Below, one piece after another: positions 21,791 through 33,162 of a stretch of DNA of 64,000 bases (the stretch's first letter is position 1; each line of letters starts with the position of its first letter). The position numbers and the translations under genes are program-made. Below the pieces are notes generated by a model. It had not been told where the DNA came from. It saw nothing but the letters and a program-made list of their open reading frames with translations, and did no database searches. The DNA comes from an uncultured delta proteobacterium (GTDB lineage Bacteria; Desulfobacterota; Binatia; JACPRU01), in contig CAVUWD010000019.1 in the NCBI GenBank assembly GCA_963745025.1, positions 160,001 to 224,000 of the forward strand, written 5' to 3'.

Positions 21791-22179
21791 GCGGTCGACA
21801 GCCGAAGGCGGTGCGAGCAGCGACCGCGCCGGCGCCGATCGGACCATACTCCCAAGCGATCGAGAGCGGCGAGTGGCTCTTTTGCTCGGGGCAAATCGGC
21901 CTCGATCCGCGGAGCGGGGAGCTGGTTCGGGGCGGCGCGGCGGAGGAAGCCCGCCAGGCGCTTGGGAACCTCCGGGCCGTGCTCGACGCGGCGGGTCTTC
22001 GGTTCGCGGATTTGGTGAAGACGACGATCTATCTCGTGGAGTTTTCCGACTTCTCCGCCGTCAACGAGATCTACGGCGAGTTCGTAGTCTCGCCGTACCC
22101 GGCCCGCGCCACCGTCGGCGTGGCCTCGCTACCGCGCGGAGCACGAGTGGAGATCGAGGCGATCGCGCGTAAGAAATGA
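21787..22179 (+). CDS. ridA: RidA/YjgF family deaminase
   Basis: APAPIGPYSQA, SGQI, VKTTIYL, PARATVGVASLP..VEIEAIA. Confidence 0.92.
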   Translation: MSGRQPKAVRAATAPAPIGPYSQAIESGEWLFCSGQIGLDPRSGELVRGGAAEEARQALGNLRAVLDAAGLRFADLVKTTIYLVEFSDFSAVNEIYGEFVVSPYPARATVGVASLPRGARVEIEAIARKK

Positions 22180-22243
22180 CGGCGACGGGCCATGGGCAAG
22201 GGTTTCGCGATTCCCCCCGGGTAGCCGGAAACTAGTCGCCTCT

Positions 22244-22435
22244 TCAGGCCGCCTTCGTCACTTTTCCCGAGCGCAGGCAGCGGGTGCACACCAGCACCCG
22301 GCGGACGCCGCCGCCGACCTTGGCGCGGACGGTTTGCAGGTTTGCTTGCCAGGTCCGCTTGGTACGGTTGTTGGCGTGGCTGACGTTGTTGCCAACCGAG
22401 CGATGCTTTCCGCAGATCTCGCAAGTTCGGGCCAT
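22244..22435 (-). CDS. rpmB: 50S ribosomal protein L28
   Basis: [35 protein letters not shown]. Confidence 0.97.
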   Translation of the reverse strand: MARTCEICGKHRSVGNNVSHANNRTKRTWQANLQTVRAKVGGGVRRVLVCTRCLRSGKVTKAA

Positions 22436-22595
22436 CGGGCGGTGTCTTCCTTTCGCCGGTGTCGAAGCAGGACTGTCTAGCGGTTTCCGCGGGGCGGGTC
22501 AATTTGCGAGACCCGCTTGCATGACATTGCAAGCGCGGATCGCTCCGATGGCGCCCGTTCGCGGGAACGCGTCGAGCCCGAGCAAAGCGCCGGCG

Positions 22596-23069
22596 TCAAG
22601 TCCCACGAATGCGTCGTAGAACCTCCGTCGTCGACATTCCCGGATGGTAGGTCATGCGCTCGACGCGTCCGCCGCGGCGGCGAACGAACTCCGCGCCGAC
22701 GATGTCGGCCTCCTTCCAGTCGCCGCCCTTGACGAGCACGTCGGGCTCGACCGCATGGATGAGCTCGAGAGGCGTATTCTCGTCGAAGAGGGTCACGTAG
22801 TCGACCATGTCGAGCGCCGCCAACACCTCCGCGCGCTCATCTTCTGTGAAAATTGGGCGGCCGGGTCCTTTGCCGAGGCTGCCGACCGACCGATCGCTGT
22901 TCACGCCGACGACCAGGCGGTCACCGAGCCCTCGCGCCTCGCGCAGCGAGCGCACGTGCCCCGGATGAAGCAGGTCGAAACATCCGTTCGTGAAGACGAC
23001 CGTCCGTCCGGCCCTCCGCTCTTCGGCGAGAGCCTCCCGCAGTTCGGCACGACCCAGGACACGGCCCAC
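22596..23069 (-). CDS. rfaE2: D-glycero-beta-D-manno-heptose 1-phosphate adenylyltransferase
   Basis: VFTNGCFDLLHPGH, VGVNSD.SV, PDVLVKGGD, STT. Confidence 0.93.
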   Translation of the reverse strand: MGRVLGRAELREALAEERRAGRTVVFTNGCFDLLHPGHVRSLREARGLGDRLVVGVNSDRSVGSLGKGPGRPIFTEDERAEVLAALDMVDYVTLFDENTPLELIHAVEPDVLVKGGDWKEADIVGAEFVRRRGGRVERMTYHPGMSTTEVLRRIRGT

Positions 23070-23150
23070 CTGCTGAGTTTACCCCCTCGATCTTCGGCTG
23101 GCGAGCCATTTCGGACTCGCGCTCGCTGCTGATACACTCCGCCCCCGCCG

Positions 23151-24587
23151 ATGGCCGACTATCGAAAAAAGCGCTGGCGGACGGAGATGACGGTGCGTGT
23201 CGACGTCAACGGCGCGCTCGATTCGCTGATCGGCGAGGCGGGGCTGCGAGAGGCTGAGCTCGCCAATCTCGAGCAAAACGTCGCCGGCGCGCACGCGGCC
23301 CTCGAAGCGAGGCGCAAAGCGAAGGAGATGCGGTTTCGCGACCTCCCCTACGAGAAGCACGAGGTGCAGAAGATCCTCGAGCTCGCTCGCGAGGTGCGCT
23401 CCGAGGGCGACACGCTCGTGGTACTCGGCATCGGCGGCTCGGCGCTCGGCACGCGCGCGCTCCATCGGGCGCTCTGCCCGCCCTTTCATGGCCACCGGCC
23501 TGGATCGGCCGAACGGGGCGCTCGCCTCCTCATCGCGGACAACATAGATCCGCGGACGTTCGGCGCCATTCTCGACGAAGTCGATCCACACCGGACGACG
23601 TTCAACGTGATCTCCAAGTCGGGTGAGACCGCGGAGACCATGAGCCAGTTTCTCATCGTCCGCGAGCGACTGCTCAAGGTGCTCGGTGCCGTGGATTACA
23701 ATCGCCGGGTCGTTGTCACCACGGATGCCGACGCCGGTGCCTTACGGCAGATCGTCAACGACGAGGGGTTCCGCTCGCTCGCGATCCCCGCGGGCATCGG
23801 CGGACGCTACGCGGTGTTGACGGCGGTCGGGCTCTTTCCCGCGGCCGTCGCCGGCATCGACGTCAACGAGCTTCTGGCTGGTGCTGCCGTGATGGATGAG
23901 CGTTGCTCGTCGCCGTCGCTGCTCGAGAACCCCGCCTATCTACACGGCGCAGTGCACTATCTCGCGCACACCGCCCGGCAGAAGACGGTGCGGGTGATGA
24001 TGCCGTACTCCGACGCGCTCGCCCCTCTCGCGGCCTGGTTCGCGCAGCTCTCTGCCGAGAGTCTCGGCAAGGAGCTCGACCTCGACGGCCGCGTCGTTCG
24101 CAACGGCCAGACTCCGCTCGCCGCGGTCGGCTCGAGCGACCAGCATTCGCTCCTCCAGCTCTTCGCCGAAGGTCCGAACGACAAGATCCTCTCCTTCATC
24201 CGCGTGGAGGACCAGGGCGTGCGGCTCGAGATCCCGCAGGGCTACGGCGACTTGGAGAGTGTCGGCTATCTCGGCGGGCGTACGCTCGGCGAACTGTTGA
24301 ATCTCGAGCAACGAGCGACCGAGATCTCGCTCGCGGAGCGCGGCCGAATGACGACGACCCTGCACGTGCCGATGGTGAACCCGTTCACACTGGGCCAGCT
24401 GGTCTACCTACTGGAGGTGCAAACGGTGCTCGAGGCCGCGCTGTACCGTGTGGATCCCTTCAACCAGCCCGGTATCGAGGTCGGCAAGCGCCTGACCTAT
24501 GGTATGGCCGGCCGGCGCGGCTTCGAGGAGAAGCGCGCGGAGGTGGAGGCGTGGATGCAGAAGAAGAATCCGAAGTATGTGATCTAG
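23151..24587 (+). CDS. pgi: Glucose-6-phosphate isomerase
   Basis: GIGGSALG, VISKSGETAET, GGRY, QL.AESLGK, DPFNQPGIE.GK. Confidence 0.92.
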   Translation: MADYRKKRWRTEMTVRVDVNGALDSLIGEAGLREAELANLEQNVAGAHAALEARRKAKEMRFRDLPYEKHEVQKILELAREVRSEGDTLVVLGIGGSALGTRALHRALCPPFHGHRPGSAERGARLLIADNIDPRTFGAILDEVDPHRTTFNVISKSGETAETMSQFLIVRERLLKVLGAVDYNRRVVVTTDADAGALRQIVNDEGFRSLAIPAGIGGRYAVLTAVGLFPAAVAGIDVNELLAGAAVMDERCSSPSLLENPAYLHGAVHYLAHTARQKTVRVMMPYSDALAPLAAWFAQLSAESLGKELDLDGRVVRNGQTPLAAVGSSDQHSLLQLFAEGPNDKILSFIRVEDQGVRLEIPQGYGDLESVGYLGGRTLGELLNLEQRATEISLAERGRMTTTLHVPMVNPFTLGQLVYLLEVQTVLEAALYRVDPFNQPGIEVGKRLTYGMAGRRGFEEKRAEVEAWMQKKNPKYVI

Positions 24588-24595
24588 GAGGCTCA

Positions 24596-24673
24596 GGCTA
24601 CAGACTACCGGCTACGGGTAAGACGAAGACACAACGGAATCGTTGCCGTGCCCGTAGCCTGTAGTCCGTAGCC
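24596..24673. repeat. GGCTACn/nGTAGCC heptamer palindrome (REP-like)
   Basis: GGCTACA GACTACC GGCTACG GG ... CC CGTAGCC TGTAGTC CGTAGCC. Confidence 0.8.
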
Positions 24674-24687
24674 GGCAAGGGTTTCCC

Positions 24688-26394
24688 GTGCCGAAGATCC
24701 AAGTCCTTCCCGACTCCGTCGCGCGCAAGATCGCGGCGGGCGAGGTCATCGAGCGGCCGGTGTCGGTGGTGAAGGAACTCGTCGAGAACTCGCTCGACGC
24801 AGGGGCAGGGCGGGTCGTCGTCGAGCTCGACCAGGGGGGGCGTCGCCGGATCGCGGTCACGGACGACGGTGAGGGAATGGCACGCGAGGATGTCCTCGTT
24901 GCGTTTCAGCCGCATGCGACGAGCAAGATCCGTGGCGAGGAGGACCTGCTCCGCATCTCCACGCTCGGTTTTCGCGGCGAGGCGCTGCCGTCGATCGCCG
25001 CGGTATCGGAGGTCGAGCTCTGGACCTGCCGCCGCGGCGAGACCGTCGGCACCCATCTGCGGATGGAGGGCGGCAAGCCGGTCCTCGCCGAGGACGTCGG
25101 CACGGCCATCGGTTGCCGCATCGAGGTGCGGGAGCTGTTCGCGCCGACGCCGGCGCGGCGGAAGTTCCTCAAGGCGCCGGCCACGGAGGCGGGACACGTG
25201 GCGCAGCTCGTCGGCCGATTCGCGCTCGCCCGTCCGGACATCGGGTTCGAGCTCCGGCAAGAGAGGCGGGACACACTGTCGCTGCCTCCCGGAACTCGGC
25301 GCGAGCGGATCCGCCGCGTGCTCGGCGGAGAGATCGAGACCGAGATGCGCCCCGTCGAGTTCGAGGGACCGCTCCGGTTATCGGGGTTCGTGACGCACCC
25401 GCACTCCTCGTTCGCGAACTCGCGAAGCATTCTCTTCTTCGTCAACGGACGGCTGGTCCGAGATCGTCTGCTCCAGCATGCGATTCTCGCGGCCTATGCC
25501 ACGCTCCTACCGCAGGGTCGCTATCCGGCCGCCGTCCTCTTCCTCGACCTCCCGCCCGAGCAAGTCGACGTCAACGTGCATCCCGCGAAGCTCGAGGTTC
25601 GCTTTCGCGACTCTCAGGCGGTCCATGATGCGATTCGTCGGACGGTGCGTGACGCCCTGCGGAGCGTGCCGGCGGGAGCTCTGCTCGTTGCCGCGGAAGC
25701 CTCGCCGGCGTATCCCCCGGTTGCCGGCTCGCCGCAGGCGCCGAGCGGAGAAGCGCGGCTGCGCTTGGTCACGGCGGCGGCAGAAAGGGAATCGTTGCCG
25801 TTCGAGGCGCCCGGCCTCTTCTCGTCACTGCGCGTCGTCGGGCAGGTCTTCGACGGCTATATCGTCTGCGAAGGAGACGGCGAGGTCGTGCTCATCGATC
25901 AGCACGCCGCACACGAACGCGTCGCCTTCGAGCGGCTGCGGTCGGCACGACAGTGCGGGCGGATCGAGTCGCAGACGATGCTTGTTGCGCAACCGGTCGA
26001 GGTCGGGGCAGGGGAGGCCGAATTGCTCGTCGCCGCGGTGGAGGACCTCGCCGTTTGTGGCCTCGACCTCGAGCCGTTCGGGGAGCGCACGGTGCTCGTG
26101 CGCGCGGTTCCGGCGCTACTGCCTCCGGAGGCCATCGCTCCGCTCGTCCGCGCCATCGCTTCCGACCTCGGCGAGGTCGAGCGATCGCGTGCCCTCGAGG
26201 CGCGGACGGAGAGCGTGCTCGCCACCATCGCCTGCCACTCGGTGGTCCGCGTCGGTCAGAAGCTCTCCGAGTCGGAGATGCGTGGGCTCCTCTCCGCGAT
26301 GGATTCGATCGATCTCAGTTCAAACTGCCCGCATGGCCGACCGGTGGCGCGCCGGATGCCGCGCTCGGAGCTCGAGCGGCGGTTCGGTCGGTAG
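24688..26394 (+). CDS. mutL: DNA mismatch repair endonuclease MutL
   Basis: IAAGEVIERP.SVVKELVENSLDAGA, LGFRGEAL, DVNVHPAK, DQHAAHER, ACH, CPHGRP. Confidence 0.96.
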   Translation: MPKIQVLPDSVARKIAAGEVIERPVSVVKELVENSLDAGAGRVVVELDQGGRRRIAVTDDGEGMAREDVLVAFQPHATSKIRGEEDLLRISTLGFRGEALPSIAAVSEVELWTCRRGETVGTHLRMEGGKPVLAEDVGTAIGCRIEVRELFAPTPARRKFLKAPATEAGHVAQLVGRFALARPDIGFELRQERRDTLSLPPGTRRERIRRVLGGEIETEMRPVEFEGPLRLSGFVTHPHSSFANSRSILFFVNGRLVRDRLLQHAILAAYATLLPQGRYPAAVLFLDLPPEQVDVNVHPAKLEVRFRDSQAVHDAIRRTVRDALRSVPAGALLVAAEASPAYPPVAGSPQAPSGEARLRLVTAAAERESLPFEAPGLFSSLRVVGQVFDGYIVCEGDGEVVLIDQHAAHERVAFERLRSARQCGRIESQTMLVAQPVEVGAGEAELLVAAVEDLAVCGLDLEPFGERTVLVRAVPALLPPEAIAPLVRAIASDLGEVERSRALEARTESVLATIACHSVVRVGQKLSESEMRGLLSAMDSIDLSSNCPHGRPVARRMPRSELERRFGR

Positions 26395-26408
26395 GGTCGT
26401 CCGTGACG

Positions 26409-27341
26409 ATGCTCCGCTGGCTGGTGATTGCAGGCCCGACCGCGTCCGGCAAGAGCGCACTCTCGCTGGACATCGCAGAACGTTTCCGCGGCGAGATCGT
26501 CAACGCCGACTCGCGGCAGATCTACCGCTACATGGACGTCGGCACGGCGAAGCCCAAGGCGGACGAGCGGCAGCGCGCGCCGCATCACCTCTTCGACGTG
26601 GCGATGCCCGACGAGCGATTCGATGCGGCCCGCTACCGTCACCTTGCGCGCCCAGCAGTCGCCGCGATCGCGGCGCGCGGAAAGCTCCCCATCGTGGTCG
26701 GCGGAACCGGCCTCTACATTCGAGCGCTCACAAGGGGTCTCTTCGCGGCGCCCTCCGCGTTCGCACCGCTCCGCCGCTCGCTCGAGGGGCTGGAGGAACG
26801 GCGCCCCGGCACGTTGCATCGCTGGTGCCGGCGGCTCGACCCGCGAGTCGCGGAGCGAGTGCACCCGAACGACCGCGTGCGGTTGACCCGCGCGTTGGAG
26901 GTGACGCTGACGACGGGTGAGCGCATGTCGGAGCAGCAACAGCGGCATGGCTTCGCGGAGCGGCTCGGCACCGTCTTGTACCTGGTCGTCGATCCGGGAG
27001 TGGAAGAGCTGAAGCAGCGCATCCGCACGCGCTCGGCCGATCTGTTCGAGCGAGGTCTGGTCGAGGAGGTGCGCCAACTCCGGGAGCGAGGCTACGGGCC
27101 GGAGCTGCCGGCGCTACGGAGCATCGGCTACTTCGAGGCGGGTCACGTACTCTCCGGCGAGAAGTCCGTCGCGGAAGCGACCGAAGACGTCGTGCGCGCC
27201 ACGGAGCGCTTCGCCAAGCGCCAGCGGACGTGGTTTCGCGGGGAAGCCGACGCCGTCTGGATTCGTCCCGACGAGAGCCGAGCGCACATCCTCGAGGGGA
27301 TTGGACGATTCCTCGAGAAGCCTTCGAAGGCGCCATTGTAA
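26409..27341 (+). CDS. miaA: tRNA dimethylallyltransferase
   Basis: GPTASGKS, DSRQIY..MDVGTAKP, VGGTGLY, AKRQRTWF. Confidence 0.95.
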   Translation: MLRWLVIAGPTASGKSALSLDIAERFRGEIVNADSRQIYRYMDVGTAKPKADERQRAPHHLFDVAMPDERFDAARYRHLARPAVAAIAARGKLPIVVGGTGLYIRALTRGLFAAPSAFAPLRRSLEGLEERRPGTLHRWCRRLDPRVAERVHPNDRVRLTRALEVTLTTGERMSEQQQRHGFAERLGTVLYLVVDPGVEELKQRIRTRSADLFERGLVEEVRQLRERGYGPELPALRSIGYFEAGHVLSGEKSVAEATEDVVRATERFAKRQRTWFRGEADAVWIRPDESRAHILEGIGRFLEKPSKAPL

Positions 27342-27376
27342 ACACGAAGCGCTTGGTCGATCATTACCGGCCCCCG

Positions 27377-28324
27377 ATGCAATCGACCTATCTCGATTTC
27401 GAACGTCCGCTCGAAGAGCTCGACCGGCGCGTCGAGGAGCTGCGCGGCCGAAAACCGCCGCCGGCCGAGCTCGAGCCGCTGAAGCGAAGCCGGCGCCAGC
27501 TCGAGGCCGAGATCTACCAGGAATTGAGCCCCTGGTATCGCGTGCAGCTGTCCCGCCATCCCGATCGGCCGCAGACTCTCGATTACGCCGCGCAGCTCTT
27601 TCGCGACTTCACCGAGCTCCATGGCGACCGATCCTTCGCCGACGATCCGTCCGTGGTCGGCGGTCTCGCGTGGTTCGGCGCAAAGCCCGTCATGCTGGTC
27701 GGCCACCAGCGCGGCCGGACGACCCAAGAGAAGATCCGCCGCAATTTCGGGATGCCGAAGCCGGAAGGCTACCGCAAGGCGCTGCGCCTCTTCCGGCTCG
27801 CCGAGCGCTTTGGGCGACCGATCGTCTGCATGATCGATACGCAGGGCGCGTTTCCCGGCCCCGACGCTGAGGAGCGAGGGCAGGCGGAGGCGATCGCGCG
27901 GAACCTGCGTGCGATGACGGGGCTCCGAGTTCCGCTCGTCGTCTGCGTCATCGGCGAGGGAGGAAGCGGGGGCGCGCTCGCGCTCGGGGTGGGCGACCGT
28001 ATCCTCATGTTCGAGTATGCCTGCTACTCGGTGATCACTCCGGAAGGATGCGCGGCGATCCTCTATCGGCAAAAGACTGCCGAGTCCGTCGCACGGGCGG
28101 CCGAAGCCTTGCGCCTCACGGCCAAGGACCTACACGCACTCGGCGTGATCGACGAGATCGTTCCCGAACCGCGGGGCGGGGCACACCGGCACGCGGCGGA
28201 AGCGATGGAATCACTGCGTGCCGCGCTCGCCCGCCACCTCGGCGAGCTCTCCGAGGTGCCGCCCGAGCGGCTGCGGGAGGCGCGTTACGAGAAGTTTCGG
28301 CGGATGGGGGTTTTGGCGGGATAG
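27377..28324 (+). CDS. accA: Acetyl-CoA carboxylase carboxyltransferase alpha subunit
   Basis: YLDFERP, RHPDRP, ELHGDR, NFGMPKPEGYRKA, GEGGSGGAL, YSVITPEG. Confidence 0.95.
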   Translation: MQSTYLDFERPLEELDRRVEELRGRKPPPAELEPLKRSRRQLEAEIYQELSPWYRVQLSRHPDRPQTLDYAAQLFRDFTELHGDRSFADDPSVVGGLAWFGAKPVMLVGHQRGRTTQEKIRRNFGMPKPEGYRKALRLFRLAERFGRPIVCMIDTQGAFPGPDAEERGQAEAIARNLRAMTGLRVPLVVCVIGEGGSGGALALGVGDRILMFEYACYSVITPEGCAAILYRQKTAESVARAAEALRLTAKDLHALGVIDEIVPEPRGGAHRHAAEAMESLRAALARHLGELSEVPPERLREARYEKFRRMGVLAG

Positions 28325-28540
28325 TCACAGCGCGCTGCGCGCCCGTGGCGCCGTTCCGTCGAGGCACGATCGTAGCCGTACAGGCCCCCTCCGTACGCGA
28401 TGGCGGGAGGAGGTCCGTCCCGACGCATGCTCGGCGAGATGCGCCCTCATCGCGCGATCCGTGCACGGGCCGGGCCGAATCCGCCTTGCAGTCGTTCGTC
28501 GTATGCGTTACCGAGATTCTTTTTAGGCAGAGACCCATCG

Positions 28541-29610
28541 TTGTCCGCGAAAACCATCAACCGGCTGCGGCGCCAGATCGATCAAATCGACGATGATCTG
28601 CTGCGCCTGCTTGCCCGGCGTGCCGAAGGCGCTCGGGCGATCGGCCGCGCCAAGGCGGCGGGCGGCCGCAGTGTCTACGTCCCTGCCCGCGAGAAGAAGA
28701 TTCTCGACCGCTTGAACCGCAAACGCGGCGTCCTCCCCGCGCCCGTCGTGCGCGCCGTCTTCCGGGAGGTGATCTCTGCGTGCCGCGCGCTCGAGCGTGG
28801 CATTCGCGTCGCGTATCTCGGCCCCGAGGCGACGTATTCGCACATGGCGGCGCGCGAACAGTTTGGGGCCGCCGCCACGTTCGTGCCGGCGGAGTCGATC
28901 CCCCAGGTGTTCGAGGAAGTGGAGCGGGAGGAGGCCGAATTCGCGGTCGTTCCGATCGAAAACTCGACCGACGGCGTTGTCACCCACACGCTCGACCGGT
29001 TCCTCGAGTCCCCGCTTCGCATCGCCGCCGAGATCTGTCTCGACGTGAACCACTGCCTACTTTCGAAGCGAGGTCAGCCGCAGCGCGTGCGGCGAATCTT
29101 CTCGCACCCTCAAGGACTCGCGCAGTGCCGTCGCTGGATCGCCAGCCACTACCCGCGCGCCTCGCTCCACGAGACCGCCAGCACGGCGGGTGCGGCGCGC
29201 GAGGCGGCGCGGCACGGCGACGCCGCGGCGATTGCCAGCGCGCTCGCCGCTGACGTCTACGGCCTCGCGATCCTCGCCGAGAACATCCAAGATCTGTCGT
29301 TCAACGCCACCCGCTTCGTGGTCATCGGCCCGGACGATTCGGCGGAGCCGTCCGGGGACGACAAGACTTCGGTGGTTTTTTCGATTCGCGACGAGGTCGG
29401 CATTCTTCACCACATGCTCGAGCCTTTCGCCGAGAATCGGATCAACCTGACACGCATCGAATCGCGCCCGCTGAAGGGAAAGCCGTGGGAGTATGTCTTC
29501 TTTATCGACTTCCTCGGTCACCGCAAGGAGCGTCGCGTGGCCCGAGCCCTGGCGCGGCTGGACGGTCTCAGCCGGATGCTGAAGGTGCTCGGCAGCTATC
29601 CGGTGTGGAG

Positions 29611-29614
<4 letters not shown>
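28541..29614 (+). CDS. pheA: Chorismate mutase/prephenate dehydratase (P-protein)
   Basis: LRRQIDQID, AYLGPEATYSH, PIENSTDG, N.TRF, NLTRIESRP. TTG start is inferred. Confidence 0.93.
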
Positions 29615-30711
<1,097 letters not shown>

Positions 30712-30754
30712 TAATGCCTCAGTCTCCGCGCGATTGCTGCGAATTTCGAGAAAT

Positions 30755-30917
30755 GCTGGAGGTTCCGGTCGGGACCTACTCGGCCCAACCGGAACCTCCA
30801 GCCACCGCGCGGAGCGCGGAAAACAATAGACGAATCCCGAGAGTTATTGCTCCCGCGCTCCGCGCGGTTGCGGTCGGTTACGGTCGACCCGAGTACGGAT
30901 CGACCGTAACCGACCGC
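30755..30917. repeat. Three-hairpin intergenic element, copy 2
   Basis: Hairpins at 30755-30802, 30804-30868 and 30870-30917. The core GGTCGACCCGAGTACGGATCGACC is the exact reverse complement of the copy-1 hairpin A core. Confidence 0.85.
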
Positions 30918-30987
30918 GCTTCCGGCTTGCCGAAAGCCGCAACGAAGGGGGAGCACCGCTGTCACCCCCGCTGACGAGACACCGCTG

Positions 30988-31863
30988 ATGCCGCTGTTCG
31001 AACGGATGGTCGTCGCCGGCGTCGGGCTGATCGGCGGCTCGCTGGGCCTGGCCGCCCGCGGCCGATCCCTGGTCGGCGAGGTCGTTGGCTACGGCCGCGG
31101 CGAGGCAAACCTGAAGGTCGCACTCGAGCGCGGCGCCATCGATCGCTACAGCCGCTCGCCCGAGGAAGCGGCGGAGGGAGCCGACCTCGTCGTCCTGGCC
31201 GTGCCGGTCCGGTCGCTTCGGCCGGTTGCGGAACGGATGCTGCCGCATGCACGGCAAGACGCGGTGGTGATCGACGTCGGCAGCGTGAAGGGCAAGGTCG
31301 TCGAATCGCTCTCCCCGCTCGTGCGACCGCCGGCGGCGTTCGTCGGCTGCCACCCCGTCGCCGGCACCGAGCATTCCGGCGCGGCGAACGCGCTGCAGGA
31401 CTTGTTCGACGGCCAGCTCTGCATCGTCACGCCGACTGCGAGCACGGCCCCACGGGCGCTGGCGCGCGTCCGGGCCCTCTGGGAAGGGCTCGGCATGCGG
31501 GTGGAATCGATGCCGCCCGCGGAGCACGATCGGCTGCTCGCCCTCGTCAGCCACCTGCCCCACGTCGTCGCCTACGCGCTGGTGGCGGCGATCGAACGCG
31601 AGAACGTGGCCGACCGCGATCCGCTGTCGTACTCGGGCGGCGGTCTTCGCGACACCACGCGCATTGCCTCGAGCCAAGCCGAAATGTGGCGCGACATTTT
31701 CCTCGACAATCGGGCCGAGGTCTTGCGGACGATCGACCAATTCAATGCGACCGTGGCGCGGCTTCGGGAGATGATCGATCGCGAGGAAGCCGCGCCGCTC
31801 GAGGCCGAGCTCGATCGCGCGCGACGCGCACGAGGTCGTTTGTCGAAGGAGCGCGGCGGGTGA
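30988..31863 (+). CDS. tyrA: Prephenate/arogenate dehydrogenase
   Basis: GVGLIGGS, DVGSVK, HPVAGTE.SG, HD..LA..SHLPH, RDTTRIA. Confidence 0.93.
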   Translation: MPLFERMVVAGVGLIGGSLGLAARGRSLVGEVVGYGRGEANLKVALERGAIDRYSRSPEEAAEGADLVVLAVPVRSLRPVAERMLPHARQDAVVIDVGSVKGKVVESLSPLVRPPAAFVGCHPVAGTEHSGAANALQDLFDGQLCIVTPTASTAPRALARVRALWEGLGMRVESMPPAEHDRLLALVSHLPHVVAYALVAAIERENVADRDPLSYSGGGLRDTTRIASSQAEMWRDIFLDNRAEVLRTIDQFNATVARLREMIDREEAAPLEAELDRARRARGRLSKERGG

Positions 31864-33152
31864 CGGCCGACGCCGAACCGGCGCTCGAGATCCGGCCGAT
31901 TCCCGGCCCGCTACGGGCATCGCCTTCGCTTCCCGGCTCGAAGAGCCTGACCAATCGTGCGTTGATCATCGCGGCCCTGGCGGGAGGCGAAAGCGTGCTT
32001 CGCGGCGTGCTCGAGAGCGACGATACGCGGCACATGGTCGCGGCCCTCGAGCGACTCGGCTTCGCGATCCAGTGGAATCGTCCGACGGCGACGATCGAGG
32101 TAGGCGGCCGCGGCGGGCTGATCCCCGCGCCAGGCGCGGAGCTCTTCGGCGGAAACGCCGGTACGACCGTCCGCTTCCTCACCAGTCTCGTGGCGCTCGG
32201 CCGCGGGCGGTTCCGGATCGACGGAGACGTGCGGATGCGCGAGCGGCCCATCCAGGATCTGCTCGATGCGCTGACGGCGCTCGGAGTCGCCGCGGTGAGC
32301 GAACGCGGCAACGGCTGCCCACCGGTGATCGTCGAGGCGGCCGGGATACCGGGAGGAGGGGCGCGTGTCGCCGGCGAGACCTCGAGTCAGTTCACGAGCT
32401 CGATCCTGCTGGTCGCGCCGTATACAGCGCGCGGCGTGCGTCTGACGATCGTCGGCACGCCGGTCGGCGCGCCGTTCGTCGACATGACGCTCGGCCTCAT
32501 GCGCCGCGCTGGCGTCGAGACCGATCGGCAAGGTGACACGATTTCGGTCGCGCCGGGACAGCGCTATCGGAGCGGAGAGGCGACGATCGAGCCCGACGCG
32601 ACGGCCGCTTCCTATTTTCTCGCCGCCGCCGCTCTCGTTGGCGGGGAAGTGAACGTCCGCGGGATCGGCGCTCGTTCGCTGCAAGGAGACGTCGCGTTCG
32701 CCGACGTGCTTTCGCGAATGGGTGCCGAGGTGCGGCGCGAAGCGGATGGGATCGTCGTGCGCGGCAGAGAGCTCCGCGGCGTCGATTTCGACTTCCGTGG
32801 GATCTCCGACACGTTTCTCACCGCCGCGGCGCTCGCGCCGTTCGCCTCTTCGCCTACCCGCCTCCGCGGCATCGGCCATACCCGTCGACAGGAGACGGAT
32901 CGCGTGTCCGCGGTGGCACGCGAGCTCTCGCGGCTGGGCGTCCACGTTCGCGAGTCGGAGGATGAGCTCGTGATCGAGCCCTCTCCGGTGCACGGTGGCG
33001 AAATCGAGACGTACGACGATCACCGCATGGCGATGAGCTTCGCGCTGATCGGCCTTCGGGTGCCGGGGATCCGCATCCGCAATCCTGGTTGCGTGGACAA
33101 GACGTTCCCGGATTTCTTCCGATGTTTGGAGTCCCTGCGGCAAGCCGACTAG
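31860..33152 (+). CDS. aroA: EPSP synthase
   Basis: PGSKSLTNR, GNAGTT.R, SSQF, RQETDR, YDDHRMAM, KTFP. Confidence 0.95.
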   Translation: MTADAEPALEIRPIPGPLRASPSLPGSKSLTNRALIIAALAGGESVLRGVLESDDTRHMVAALERLGFAIQWNRPTATIEVGGRGGLIPAPGAELFGGNAGTTVRFLTSLVALGRGRFRIDGDVRMRERPIQDLLDALTALGVAAVSERGNGCPPVIVEAAGIPGGGARVAGETSSQFTSSILLVAPYTARGVRLTIVGTPVGAPFVDMTLGLMRRAGVETDRQGDTISVAPGQRYRSGEATIEPDATAASYFLAAAALVGGEVNVRGIGARSLQGDVAFADVLSRMGAEVRREADGIVVRGRELRGVDFDFRGISDTFLTAAALAPFASSPTRLRGIGHTRRQETDRVSAVARELSRLGVHVRESEDELVIEPSPVHGGEIETYDDHRMAMSFALIGLRVPGIRIRNPGCVDKTFPDFFRCLESLRQAD

Positions 33153-33162
33153 GCTCGGACGG

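Noticed and set aside
16830-23069. Split rfaE1/rfaE2 instead of fused hldE
   Set aside because: This is a common, well-described arrangement.
28325-28540. Possible attenuator or leader peptide upstream of pheA
   Set aside because: No Phe-rich leader ORF or T-box motif was found.
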